Source of the DNA: Rhodospirillales bacterium
GTDB lineage: Bacteria; Pseudomonadota; Alphaproteobacteria; Acetobacterales; Acetobacteraceae
Reading direction: 5' to 3'
Assembly: GCA_043740535.1 (NCBI GenBank)
Contig: JAYUCA010000095.1
Coordinates: 1-35,890, forward strand
DNA: 35,890 nucleotides
Positions within the stretch are counted from its first letter, which is position 1. The number at the start of each line of letters is the position of its first letter. The position numbers and the translations under genes are program-made. The notes under the pieces were generated by a model. The model saw nothing but the letters and a program-made list of their open reading frames with translations. It was not told the origin of the DNA and searched no databases. Of the stretch, positions 1 through 8,550 are shown piece after piece.

Positions 1-688
1 AGGCGGACCCCATCGTCAACTGGTCGTGCGGGATGCCGAAGGCCTTGTCGGCGACGATGCCGGCCGGGTCGGCGAGAATGACCTTCTTGGCCAGCCCGAG
101 GCAGAACTGCACGGCGCCGTTGTAGAAATCGTCCAGCTTGTGGGTGCGGCGGTGGACCTGCGGCTCGATCTCCTCATACCGGACGATGGGCCCGGCGATC
201 AGTTGCGGGAAGCACGCGTGGTACATGCCGAAGTCGATCAGGCTGCGGGCGGGCGCCACGCGGCGCATGTGCACGTCGGCGATGTAGGAGATGGCCTGGA
301 ACGTGAAGAACGAGATGCCGATCGGCAGGATGGGATGCAGGTCGGGCACGGGCAGGTCGAACCCGGCCGCCGCGGCCGTCCCCTGCAGCGATGCCAGGAA
401 GAAGCGGGCATATTTGTAATACAGCAGCGGCGCCAGGTTCAGCACGAGGCCGAGCACGAGCCATCCCTTGCCGGCCGCCGGCCCAGCCTTGTGCATGCGG
501 TGCGCGACCAGGTGGTTGACCAGGATCGACAGGATCAGGATGACCGTGAGCTGGCCGGAGGTGGTGAAGTAGAAGAACAGGCTGGCCAGCATCAGCACCA
601 GGTTCTTCAGCCGGGCGGGTGCGGCGAAATAGACCGCGAGGAAGGCGGGCAGGAAGGCGAACAGGAAATCGGGGGAGCTGAAGAGCAT
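1..688 (-). CDS. MBOAT family O-acyltransferase (AlgI/DltB-like); N-terminal part only, gene runs off the left edge
   Basis: Not in the ORF track because it is open to the window edge. Own reverse-strand translation from ATG at 688-686 gives MLFSSPDFLFAFLPAFLAVYFAAPARLKNLVLMLASLFFY...LLYYKYARFF...PILPIGISFFTFQAISYIADVHMRR...FPQLIAGPIVRYEE, the typical MBOAT N-terminal half. GC3 is high. Confidence 0.8.
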   Translation of the reverse strand, partial: MLFSSPDFLFAFLPAFLAVYFAAPARLKNLVLMLASLFFYFTTSGQLTVILILSILVNHLVAHRMHKAGPAAGKGWLVLGLVLNLAPLLYYKYARFFLASLQGTAAAAGFDLPVPDLHPILPIGISFFTFQAISYIADVHMRRVAPARSLIDFGMYHACFPQLIAGPIVRYEEIEPQVHRRTHKLDDFYNGAVQFCLGLAKKVILADPAGIVADKAFGIPHDQLTMGSA

Positions 689-707
689 TCTTATGCCAAA
701 GATCTCA

Positions 708-851
708 TACCAACGGCGCTCAGTACTGACCCGTCATCGCGAGCCCTTGCGAAGCGATCCAGGACCGATCGATCAGGTCTGGCCGCCCTGGACTGTTTCG
801 CAATAGCTCGCAATGACGATGCGGACCGGTCAATGCTTGATATCCCTGGTA
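708..851. mobile_element. MITE-like palindromic repeat, copy 1 (140-bp core 710-849 flanked by TA/TA); one terminal repeat degenerate
   Basis: The reverse complement of 710-849 aligns over its full length with 17542-17681, with about 14 mismatches in 140 by hand count. Long internal inverted repeat (cgtcatcgcgagcccttgcgaagcgatccagg / complement). Terminal CCAGGGATATCAAG is intact at the right end. TA dinucleotides at 708-709 and 850-851. Confidence 0.7.
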
Positions 852-2183
852 TCAGATGCCGCGTTCCTCCATCACGGCGCGGCGGCGCAGGTCGCGGAGC
901 AGCTGGCGGGACGCGAGTTCGACGCGCTCGTTGATCAGGCGGTTGGTGGTCTCCTCCTTCGACGGCGCCGCGGCGACCTTGTCCTCGCGGGAGCAGACCA
1001 TCAGCACCGCGACGCCGTCCGTCGACACGACGGCCTTGCTGGCCTGGCCGATCGCCAGGCCGGACAGCAGGCTGCGCAACCCCGGCGAGCCGACGCCTTC
1101 GAGGCGGACCTCGCCCGGGTCTGACGGGCGGACGGCGCCGGCGCGCTTGTTGGCCTCGTCCATCTCGGCACAGCTTTTGACCGTGCGCGATGTCGCCTGC
1201 GCCTGTTCGACGGCGCGCTTCTGCTGGTCGGACGGCGCCTGCGGGTTCAGCGTGCCCTGGAACGGGTAGAACACCTGGCGCAGGCTGAGCACGGTGCTGC
1301 GCTCCTGCCCGATGTCGCGCTTGGCGCGGAGGGTGATGATGCTGATGCCGCCCGGCACGCGGGTGGGGTTGCCGACGGCGCCGACGGGCATCTGGGTGAC
1401 GACGGCGGCAATCTCCGGGTCCAGCGCGTTGCTGGTCACCCAGCCGAGGTCGCCGCCCTGGAGGGCGGTCTGGCTCTGGCTGAACTGCGCCGCGACGACG
1501 CCGAACGGCGCGCCGGCGCGAAGCTGACCGATCACGGTGTCGGCGAATTTCTGCTGCTCGTTGGCTTTGGCCGGGTCGTCGATGGGGATGAAGATCTCGG
1601 CGACGCGGAATTCCGGCTTGCCGATCTGCGTCTTGAACAGGCGGTCCTGGTCGGCGATGTCGGCCTCGCTGATGTCGGACTTGGCGCCCAGCTCCTGCTT
1701 CAGCACGCGGGACCAGCCGATCTGCACTCGCACCTGGTCGATCAAGGTGCGGAGTGCGACGCCCTGGCCCCGCAGGTTGGCGCTGAGGCGGCCGGGGGGC
1801 AGGCCGTTGCGCTGCTCGATCTCGCCGATGGATTCCGCGATCTCCCGATCGGAGACGGCGATCTTGCGGCGCTGCGCCTCCTGCAGGCGCAGGCGCTCGT
1901 CCACAAGCTGCTTGGCGACCTGGCCGCGGAGGCGGTCGAGCACCTCCGGGGTCACGGGCAGGCCGGTGCTGAGGGCGAACAGGCGGCCGCGGTTGGCGAC
2001 GTCGCCGCTGGTGATGACGTCGCCGTTGACGACGGCCAGGATCTTCTCGCCCGAGGACGGGCTGGCGGGTCCCGCAGCAATCGGCCGCCGCCCGGCAGGT
2101 TGCGCAGCCGCGGGTTGGGTTTGGGCCGGCACGGCAAGCCCGGCCAAGATCGCCCAGGCGAGAAAGGGGCGGATTGAATTCAT
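852..2183 (-). CDS. surA: Periplasmic chaperone / peptidyl-prolyl isomerase SurA
   Basis: 443-aa ORF with signal peptide (MNSIRPFLAWAILAGLAVPAQT), SurA N-domain and parvulin-like PPIase region (FSQSQTALQGGDLGWV). Lies immediately downstream of lptD as in the conserved lptD-surA pair. Confidence 0.9.
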   Translation of the reverse strand: MNSIRPFLAWAILAGLAVPAQTQPAAAQPAGRRPIAAGPASPSSGEKILAVVNGDVITSGDVANRGRLFALSTGLPVTPEVLDRLRGQVAKQLVDERLRLQEAQRRKIAVSDREIAESIGEIEQRNGLPPGRLSANLRGQGVALRTLIDQVRVQIGWSRVLKQELGAKSDISEADIADQDRLFKTQIGKPEFRVAEIFIPIDDPAKANEQQKFADTVIGQLRAGAPFGVVAAQFSQSQTALQGGDLGWVTSNALDPEIAAVVTQMPVGAVGNPTRVPGGISIITLRAKRDIGQERSTVLSLRQVFYPFQGTLNPQAPSDQQKRAVEQAQATSRTVKSCAEMDEANKRAGAVRPSDPGEVRLEGVGSPGLRSLLSGLAIGQASKAVVSTDGVAVLMVCSREDKVAAAPSKEETTNRLINERVELASRQLLRDLRRRAVMEERGI

Positions 2184-2207
2184 CGGACGTCCTAGCAGTG
2201 CGGGGGT

Positions 2208-4448
2208 TCAGAAGGCATGGAAACCGAACTGGCCCACCGTCTTGAGGGTGATCTGGAACAGCACAATGCTGGCGCCGCTGTCGTTGTTCACCGAAGTGAA
2301 GCGCCTGGAATAGTTCACGTCGAAGATGAAGCACTCGTCCTCGTAGGTTGCGTGCACGCCGGCTGTGGTCGATTTGCCGAGGTTGAGGTCACGCCGATAG
2401 TAGGAGTTCACCCGATACTTGCCGAAGGTGGTGCTGGCGCCGATCGTGGCTTCGTTGCGGTGGACGAAGTAGCTGGCAGGCACGGCCGCCTGATCATAGT
2501 AGTAGTAGGGATTGACGGCGTTGTAGATGTAGCCGCCCGTCACGCGAAACGCCGGCACGCCGGCGCTGGCCTGCGCATCGACAAAGCGGGGGGTCAGGCG
2601 GGTGTGGTCCAGCCGGGTGCGCGCGGTGATGTCGAACCAGGGCGCCGGGGTGATGGTCGCGCGGGTGACGATGTCGGACGATTTCTGCTCGAGCCCGCTG
2701 CCGGCCGGGAACACGTTGTCGGTGTTGGTGCGGAAGCTCTGGCCGATCAGCCCGTCGATGGCGGCGCCGCCCACGGACCAGTTGGCGTGCAGCGCCACGT
2801 TGGCGCGCACCCCGCCCTCCAGCCGGTCGATGCCCGAGAACTTGTTCAACGAGAACAGGTTCGAGTCGCTGAAGCTGAAGGCGTCGAAGCTATCCTCGTT
2901 CGGGATGCGCCGGTTCAGGTGGGACGTGCCGCCCGGCCCCACGATGACCTGGGCGATCGGCTCGATGATCTGCGTGCCCCACGTGCCGGCGTCGCGCACG
3001 AACGGCCAGCGCATCTCCAGCGCCACCTGGGGCTGGGCGCGGGCGGCCTGGGTGCCGGAACTGGACAGGTAGTTGGGGTTCACATCGAGGTTGCTGGCGC
3101 TGTAGCCGGCGGCGGTGGCCTGGGCGGTCAGCGTGTAGGCCTCGCCCAAAAGGCCCCTGAAAGGCCGCTGCCAGCTGAGCGTGCCGCCCAGCCGCTGCGT
3201 GCTGGTGCCCTGCTGGCGCACGAGGTTGAAGTTCTGCGAATCGAAGCTGAGGCGCCCGCCCAGGGCGTCGGGCTCGCCGAAGAAGCTGTACTGGTAGCGC
3301 GGCAGGACGTAGGGCAGGCGGGTCTGCACGATGCTGGTCAGCAGGCTTTGATAGGCGCTGGCGTCCAGCTTGGTGTACGACCCGGCCCCGAAGCCTTCGA
3401 GGTAGACCCGGCTGGTCAGCACGTCGCCGCGGTTGGCGACCCGGTAGTCGCGCATGTATTGGGCGCTGGTGGCGCGGTCGATGTCGAAGCCGTAGCGCCA
3501 GGTGTCGTCGTAGCTGAACCGCCCCTTGGCGAATATGTCGGCCTGCAGGCCCTTGTCGTTGCCGACGCTGGCTTCCACCGACAGCGTGCCGTCGTTGAAC
3601 CGGCGGCGGTATTCGCCGTTGACGCCCAGGAAGTTCTTGGAATTGAGAATGGGCGTGAAGGTCGCGTCCGACTGCTCGTCGATCACGAGGTAGTACGGCA
3701 CGCCGAGGAACACGCCGAGGCCGCTGCTGTTGCCGAAGGAGGGGACCAGGAAGCCGCTGGAGCGCTTGGTCGACGGGTCGGCGTGCCAGAAATACGGGAA
3801 GCCGGCGACGGGCACGCCGTAGATGTCCAGCACGGCGTCGCGGTATTCGATGCGCTTGTTCTCGGTGTCCTGCACGGCGGTGCGGGCGCGCAGCTGCCAC
3901 AGCGGCGGCTTCGTGGGGTCGGTCTTGCACAGGTCGCAGGTCGTGTAGACGGCGCGGGACAGCTCGTTCACCTTGCCCTCCACGCGGCGGGCGCCGTTGG
4001 CGACCAGCTTGCCGTTCTCGGCCAGGATGGCGCGCATGCCGCGCAGCACGCCTTCGCGCATGCCTTCGGTCAGCTCCGCGTAGTCGGCGAACAGAACCTG
4101 GCCGTCCGGCTCGATGATGACGACGTGGCCGGTGGCGGCGGCGACGTTGGTGTTGCGGTCGAAGGTGATCTTGTCGGCGCGCAGCACGTGGTCGTTCTGC
4201 CAGGCCTCGACGCTGCCGGTTGCCGTCACCAGGGCGTTGTCGCGGTCGTACTGCACCTCGTCGGCGGTGAACGCGACCGGGTCCGTGCGGTTGACGGGGG
4301 CGACCGGCGGCTGACCGGGGGTGCGGCGCACACCAGGGAACTGCGCGTGGGCCGGGCTTGTCAGCAGGCACCCGGCGACCAGGGACCCGGCGAGCAGGCA
4401 CAGGACCAGGCCGGACACTGCCGCCCATCGTGGGAACGGGCGCCGCAT
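2208..4448 (-). CDS. lptD: LPS-assembly outer-membrane protein LptD (OstA)
   Basis: About 746-aa ORF with signal peptide, OstA N-terminal motifs (ADEVQYDRDNALVTATGSVEAWQNDHVLRADKITFDRNTN) and a beta-barrel C-terminus ending in F. The track start at 4451 is TTG; the adjacent ATG at 4448 is preferred. Confidence 0.9.
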   Translation of the reverse strand: MRRPFPRWAAVSGLVLCLLAGSLVAGCLLTSPAHAQFPGVRRTPGQPPVAPVNRTDPVAFTADEVQYDRDNALVTATGSVEAWQNDHVLRADKITFDRNTNVAAATGHVVIIEPDGQVLFADYAELTEGMREGVLRGMRAILAENGKLVANGARRVEGKVNELSRAVYTTCDLCKTDPTKPPLWQLRARTAVQDTENKRIEYRDAVLDIYGVPVAGFPYFWHADPSTKRSSGFLVPSFGNSSGLGVFLGVPYYLVIDEQSDATFTPILNSKNFLGVNGEYRRRFNDGTLSVEASVGNDKGLQADIFAKGRFSYDDTWRYGFDIDRATSAQYMRDYRVANRGDVLTSRVYLEGFGAGSYTKLDASAYQSLLTSIVQTRLPYVLPRYQYSFFGEPDALGGRLSFDSQNFNLVRQQGTSTQRLGGTLSWQRPFRGLLGEAYTLTAQATAAGYSASNLDVNPNYLSSSGTQAARAQPQVALEMRWPFVRDAGTWGTQIIEPIAQVIVGPGGTSHLNRRIPNEDSFDAFSFSDSNLFSLNKFSGIDRLEGGVRANVALHANWSVGGAAIDGLIGQSFRTNTDNVFPAGSGLEQKSSDIVTRATITPAPWFDITARTRLDHTRLTPRFVDAQASAGVPAFRVTGGYIYNAVNPYYYYDQAAVPASYFVHRNEATIGASTTFGKYRVNSYYRRDLNLGKSTTAGVHATYEDECFIFDVNYSRRFTSVNNDSGASIVLFQITLKTVGQFGFHAF

Positions 4449-4541
4449 CAAGGCCGGAGGAGTGCTACGACGGCAGGCATGCGGGTTCTATACCGGCGAG
4501 GTCGGTAAAAGCCGAGTCCTGCCCGCAACGCCGCCCAAGGC

Positions 4542-5648
4542 TCAGCCATCCTCGAGGTGGAGCAGCAACGCGACCGCCAGCATCAGCCCGGCGCCGGCGG
4601 GCGCCCAGGCGGCAAGCTCGGCCGGCAGCGCGCCGGACTGGCCGAATTCCTCGGCCACCTTGCTGACGACGAACAGCGCAAAGCCGGCGGCCACGCCGCT
4701 GCCGATCATCTGCGCCACGCCGCCGCGCCGGGTCGCGCGCATGCTGAACCCGGCCGACACCAGCGCCATCGTGCCCGCCAGCAGCGGCAGGGCGAGCAGC
4801 GCCTGGAAGTGCAGCCGGTGGCGGATCGCGGAGAAGCCGGAGCGTTCCAACAGGCTGATGAAGTCCGGCAGCGTCCAGACGCTGAGCGTGTCGGGGCTGG
4901 CGAAGCTGTCCTGCACCCGGCGCACGGTCAGGTCGGTGGGCAGGGTGGTGTTGCCGATCGGCTCCGGCAGCTTGTCGGGCAGCATGCGGCGGGCGTCGGC
5001 CAGCGACCAGGCGCCGGCGCCGAGCACGGCCTCGCGCGTTTCGAGCCGGGCCAGCAGGCGGTCCTTGCTGTCGAGCCGGAAGACGCTGACGTCCTGCGCC
5101 ACCAGGCGCTCGTCCTGGATCTGGACGGTGCGGCTGTGCAGGATGGCCACGCCCTGCGGGTCGAGCCCGTGGTCCGACTGGCGCAGCCAGAGCTGGCCGC
5201 CCGCCAGCGCGCTGGGGCCGCCACCGGTGCGAAGGTAGGCGTTGTCGAGCGACTCCGCCCGGGCCAGCATCGCGGACGACAGCGGGCTGACGGCGCCGGA
5301 CGCGATCACGCCGAGCAGCACGGCGCAGGCGAGCGGCGCCGACAGGAACTGCCAGGCGGACACGCCTGCGGCGCGCGCGACGATCAGCTCGGACGAGCGC
5401 GTCAGGCGCCAGAACGCGAGGATGCCGCCGAGCAGCACGGCGAAGGGCATGATCTGCATCGCGACGAAGGGCAGCCTGAGGGCTGCGATCTGCGTGACGA
5501 GGGCGAAGGTGGCGTCGGGCTTGGTGGCGGAGCGGCGCAGCAGCTCGATGAAGTCGAACAGGGACACGATGCCGGACAGCGCCGCCAGCATGGACAGCAC
5601 GGCCAGGATGAACTGGCGGGCGATATAGAGGGAGAGGGTGACGGGCAT
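4542..5648 (-). CDS. lptG: LPS export ABC permease, LptF/LptG family (probably LptG, from its position next to lptD)
   Basis: 368-aa ORF. YjgP/YjgQ-type N-terminus MPVTLSLYIARQFILAVLSMLAALSGIVSLFDFIELLRR, six predicted TM segments and a central periplasmic domain. Confidence 0.8.
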   Translation of the reverse strand: MPVTLSLYIARQFILAVLSMLAALSGIVSLFDFIELLRRSATKPDATFALVTQIAALRLPFVAMQIMPFAVLLGGILAFWRLTRSSELIVARAAGVSAWQFLSAPLACAVLLGVIASGAVSPLSSAMLARAESLDNAYLRTGGGPSALAGGQLWLRQSDHGLDPQGVAILHSRTVQIQDERLVAQDVSVFRLDSKDRLLARLETREAVLGAGAWSLADARRMLPDKLPEPIGNTTLPTDLTVRRVQDSFASPDTLSVWTLPDFISLLERSGFSAIRHRLHFQALLALPLLAGTMALVSAGFSMRATRRGGVAQMIGSGVAAGFALFVVSKVAEEFGQSGALPAELAAWAPAGAGLMLAVALLLHLEDG

Positions 5649-5691
5649 TTTCTGCCCTCATACGCGGTTGGGCGGGGGTGGGGAAGGTCGG

Positions 5692-5904
5692 CGCTTGCAT
5701 GCGATCCACGTCGAGCATCGGCTTGTGGGCAAGTGGGCCCGATACTTCGAGTGCCACATGGGGGGAGACGTGTTGCTGATCTATAGCAGAACAGAAACCA
5801 GGGTCGTCTTCACCCGCGCCGGTTCGCACGCGAAACTATTTGAAAACCAGTCGGCGGCGTGGCCGCCTGTCGTCTTTGGTCATCGTCATCACCGGGAAGA
5901 ATAG
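5692..5904 (+). pseudogene. 5'-truncated YafQ/RelE-family toxin relic
   Basis: Frame of ORF 5638..5904 reads EHRLVGKWARYFECHMGGDVLLIYSRTETRVVFTRAGSHAKLFEN. This matches the C-terminal half of E. coli YafQ (DHPLQGSWKGYRDAHVEPDWILIYKLTDKLLRFERTGTHAALFG). The expected ~45 N-terminal residues are absent and would overlap lptG. No antitoxin ORF upstream. Locally lower GC. Confidence 0.55.
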
Positions 5905-6114
5905 TCGTTGCAGGCCGGGGCAACGCTCGCTCCCACGGCCTTGTAGCCTTGGTCGTAGCTCCACGAGGACCCGACGCACCCGTCGCTGCTGCCGCCAGCC
6001 ACGCGATCTTGCGCGATGGCGTCGGAAGGCTTGAATGGTCCACCGTCTGCTGGAATACATGGCTCCGGGCCCATCCACGCTCGCCATCGCGGGCGGCCCG
6101 GGTAGACTGGCGCC

Positions 6115-6555
6115 ATGACGGAAATCGGCTTCTACCATCTGACGCGCGCGACGCCGGAGCAGGCCTTGCCGGCGCTGCTCGGCAAGACGCTTGCGGCCGG
6201 GGAGCGGGCCGTGGTCCTGTGCGGATCGGAGGATCGGGTGGCGGTGCTGGACAAAGCGCTGTGGACTGCTCCGAGCCCGGATTGGCTGCCGCACGGCACG
6301 GCGCGGACCGGGCATGCCGCACTGCAGCCGATCTGGATCACCGCGGCTCCGGAGTGCCCGAACGGCGCCCGGTTCCTTTTCCTTTTGGACGGCATCGAAG
6401 CGCCGTTCGATCCGTGGCTGCGGGTGTTCGACCTGTTCGACGGCGGCGACGAGGCGGCGCTGGTTGCGGCCCGTCGGCGCTGGACGGCGGCGAAGGCGGC
6501 CGGCCACGCGCCGAGCTACTGGAAACAGGCTGAAAAAGGCTGGGTCAAGGGATAG
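6115..6555 (+). CDS. holC: DNA polymerase III subunit chi
   Basis: 146-aa ORF starting MTEIGFYHLTRATPEQALPALLGKTLAAGERAVVLC with ALW..P..WLPHG. Typical chi-subunit length and motifs. Confidence 0.85.
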   Translation: MTEIGFYHLTRATPEQALPALLGKTLAAGERAVVLCGSEDRVAVLDKALWTAPSPDWLPHGTARTGHAALQPIWITAAPECPNGARFLFLLDGIEAPFDPWLRVFDLFDGGDEAALVAARRRWTAAKAAGHAPSYWKQAEKGWVKG

Positions 6556-6690
6556 TGCGACCGGATCCCCCTCCCGCTTGTGACATTTCTGCTGCATGAC
6601 GTGGCCTCAGTTTTGCAGCGCAGACTTGCCCCTTGCCCACGATGATCACGGGCGTGTTACCGTTCGCAGCATACGAATGCCGGAGGTCCA

Positions 6691-6945
6691 ATGTCGCGAG
6701 TCCCAACGCCGGGCTACCTGACCGAGATCGAGGCGTCGCATCTGTTGACGCAGGCGATCCCGGGGGCGGTGATGATCCACCTCAAGCGTGAGATCGATGA
6801 GGATGCCAGCCCGGCGCGGCGGATGTTCATCGAGCTCAGCCTGAGCGAGGCGGTGCAGCACTGGCGGCAGATGGGCGAGCTGATCCGCAAGGCGGGCGCG
6901 CTGGAACGGCAGTCGATGCAGGCGGGCACGATGGGGAACCTGTGA
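6691..6945 (+). CDS. Hypothetical small protein (84 aa), first gene of the amidase trio
   Basis: ATG preceded by GGAGG at proper spacing. High GC3. Its TGA overlaps the next gene's ATG (TGATG). No family recognised. Confidence 0.5.
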   Translation: MSRVPTPGYLTEIEASHLLTQAIPGAVMIHLKREIDEDASPARRMFIELSLSEAVQHWRQMGELIRKAGALERQSMQAGTMGNL

Positions 6946-7154
6946 TGGATACGATCAAGCCGAGCGTGACGGAGGCGGAGTTCGCGGTGCTGGTGCGCCG
7001 GGCCGGGCTGCCGCTGAACGAGGCGCAGCGCACGATGCTGCACGGGATATACGGGCATCTGGAGGTGATGTTGGCGCTGCTGCGAACGCCGCGGGACAGG
7101 GGTGCGGAGCCGTCGCACGTGTTCCTGCCGGGCCAGGGCTGGGGCGGCCGATGA
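6945..7154 (+). CDS. Small AtzG-like / DUF4089-like (GatC-like) amidase partner protein, 69 aa
   Basis: Size, position directly upstream of and overlapping (ATGA) an amidase-signature gene, and the pattern TEAEFAVLVRRAGLPLNEAQRTMLHGIYGHLEVMLALL...EPSHVFLP resemble the small subunits paired with AtzE-type amidases. The track start 6942 is GTG; ATG at 6945 is preferred. Confidence 0.45.
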   Translation: MDTIKPSVTEAEFAVLVRRAGLPLNEAQRTMLHGIYGHLEVMLALLRTPRDRGAEPSHVFLPGQGWGGR

Positions 7155-8539
7155 GCTTCCATACCATCGCGGGCGCCCACCGGGCGCTGGCCGCCAAGGA
7201 CGTCTCGCCGATCGAGCTGGCGCAGGCTTGCCTGGACAGGATCGCGCGCCTGGACCCCACGCTGCATGCCTTCATCAAGGTGACGCCGGAGCGGGCGCTG
7301 GCGGATGCGCGGGCGTCGGAGGCGCGGTGGTCGGCAGGTGCGCCGCTGGGACCGCTGGACGGCATCCCGATCGGGCACAAGGACATCTACGAAACGGCGG
7401 GGATCGCGACGACCGCGCATTCGCGGCTGCTGGCCGACCATGTGCCGGCGGCGGACGGCACGGTGGTCCGCAAATGGCGGGAAGCCGGGGTGTCGCTGCT
7501 GGGCAAGCTGGCGACGCACGAGTTCGCGTTCGGCGGCCCCAGCTTCGACCTGCCTTGGCCGCCGGCGCGGAACCCGTGGAACCCCGCGCATTTCACCGCG
7601 GGCAGCAGCAGCGGGACGGGGGCGGCGGTCGCCTCGGGCATGATATTTGCGGGAACCGGGTCCGACACCGGCGGGTCGATCCGTGGCCCCTCGGCGCTGT
7701 GCGGCCTGGCCGGGATCAAGCCGACCTACGGCCTGTGCAGCCGCCTCGGCGTCCTGCCGCTGAGCTACAGCCTGGACCATACCGGCCCGATGGCCTGGAC
7801 GGTCGAGGACCTGGCGCTGCTGCTGGACGTGATGGCGGGACCGGACAAGGCCGACCCCGCGAGCGCCCCCGGGCCGGCGCCGAATTTCTCCGCCGCGCTG
7901 GGGCAGGGCGTGAAGGGGCTGCGGATCGGGGTGGCGCGGGACTGGTTCGAACGCCAGCATCCGGTCAGCGCCGCGACGCTGAAGGGCCTGACGGAGGCCG
8001 AGGCGACGTTCCGCCGGCTGGGGGCGGTGGTGGAGGACATCACCCTGCCGTCGCTGGCGGATTACGGCGCCTGCGGGTTCGTGATCCTGGTGACCGAGGC
8101 CTACGCGGCGCACGAGCCCTGGATGCGCACCCGTTTCCAGGACTATGGCGAGCTGCTGCGGGACCGGATGGCGCTGGGCGCCCTGGTCAGCGGCGCCGAC
8201 TACGTGCAGGCGGTGCGGCGCCGGCGGGAGCTGTGCGCCGAGACGGCCGCGGCGATGGAGGGTTTCGACCTGATCCTGACCGCATCCGCGGCCGGCGAGG
8301 CCCCGCTGATCGACCGCGTGCCGAAATGGGCGAACTTCGAACGCCCGGGCTTCACCATCCCGTTCAACGTCACCGGCCAGCCGGCGCTCAGCGTGTGCTC
8401 GGGCTACGGCGAGGGCGGCCTGCCGCTATCGATCCAGATCGTCGGCCGCCCCTTCGCGGATGCGACGGTGCTGGCGGCCGGGCACGCGTACGAAACGGCG
8501 CATGAGTGGCGGGGAACGCGGCCGGCGCTGGCGCTGTAG
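7151..8539 (+). CDS. Amidase-signature family amidase (GatA/AtzE-like)
   Basis: 462-aa ORF with GIPIGHKDIYETAGIATTAHS and the AS signature GGSSSGTGAAVASG...GSDTGGSIRGPSALCGLAGIKPTYG. Confidence 0.9.
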   Translation: MSFHTIAGAHRALAAKDVSPIELAQACLDRIARLDPTLHAFIKVTPERALADARASEARWSAGAPLGPLDGIPIGHKDIYETAGIATTAHSRLLADHVPAADGTVVRKWREAGVSLLGKLATHEFAFGGPSFDLPWPPARNPWNPAHFTAGSSSGTGAAVASGMIFAGTGSDTGGSIRGPSALCGLAGIKPTYGLCSRLGVLPLSYSLDHTGPMAWTVEDLALLLDVMAGPDKADPASAPGPAPNFSAALGQGVKGLRIGVARDWFERQHPVSAATLKGLTEAEATFRRLGAVVEDITLPSLADYGACGFVILVTEAYAAHEPWMRTRFQDYGELLRDRMALGALVSGADYVQAVRRRRELCAETAAAMEGFDLILTASAAGEAPLIDRVPKWANFERPGFTIPFNVTGQPALSVCSGYGEGGLPLSIQIVGRPFADATVLAAGHAYETAHEWRGTRPALAL

Positions 8540-8550
8540 TCCCGCAGGGT

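Noticed and set aside
26-934. 302-aa plus-strand ORF at the left edge
   Set aside because: It is antisense to the clearly MBOAT-like minus-strand frame (1-688) and reads straight through the MITE. Its Arg/Gly/Glu-rich composition is typical of shadow ORFs in high-GC DNA.
691-2334. 547-aa minus-strand ORF and the 258-aa plus ORF (1537-2313) overlapping surA
   Set aside because: They are out of frame or antisense to surA. The extreme Arg/Pro/Gly content has no recognisable motifs, and the surA frame has signal peptide and PPIase motifs.
2217-4508. 763-aa plus-strand ORF (and 512-aa minus ORF 2890-4428) covering lptD
   Set aside because: Antisense or alternate frame of an unmistakable LptD. 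Low-complexity Ala/Gly/Arg/Val translation.
5889-6116. 75-aa minus ORF in the lptG-holC gap (…DGCVGSSWSYDQGYKAVGASVAPACNDY…)
   Set aside because: No SD and no recognisable family. GC3 is lower than in genuine genes, and it overlaps the holC start. It could be a fragment of something lost, but there is no support for a live gene.
6588-6623. Imperfect inverted repeat after holC (ctgctgca...tgcagcgcag) as a terminator
   Set aside because: The stem needs bulges and wobble pairs, and no U-tract follows.
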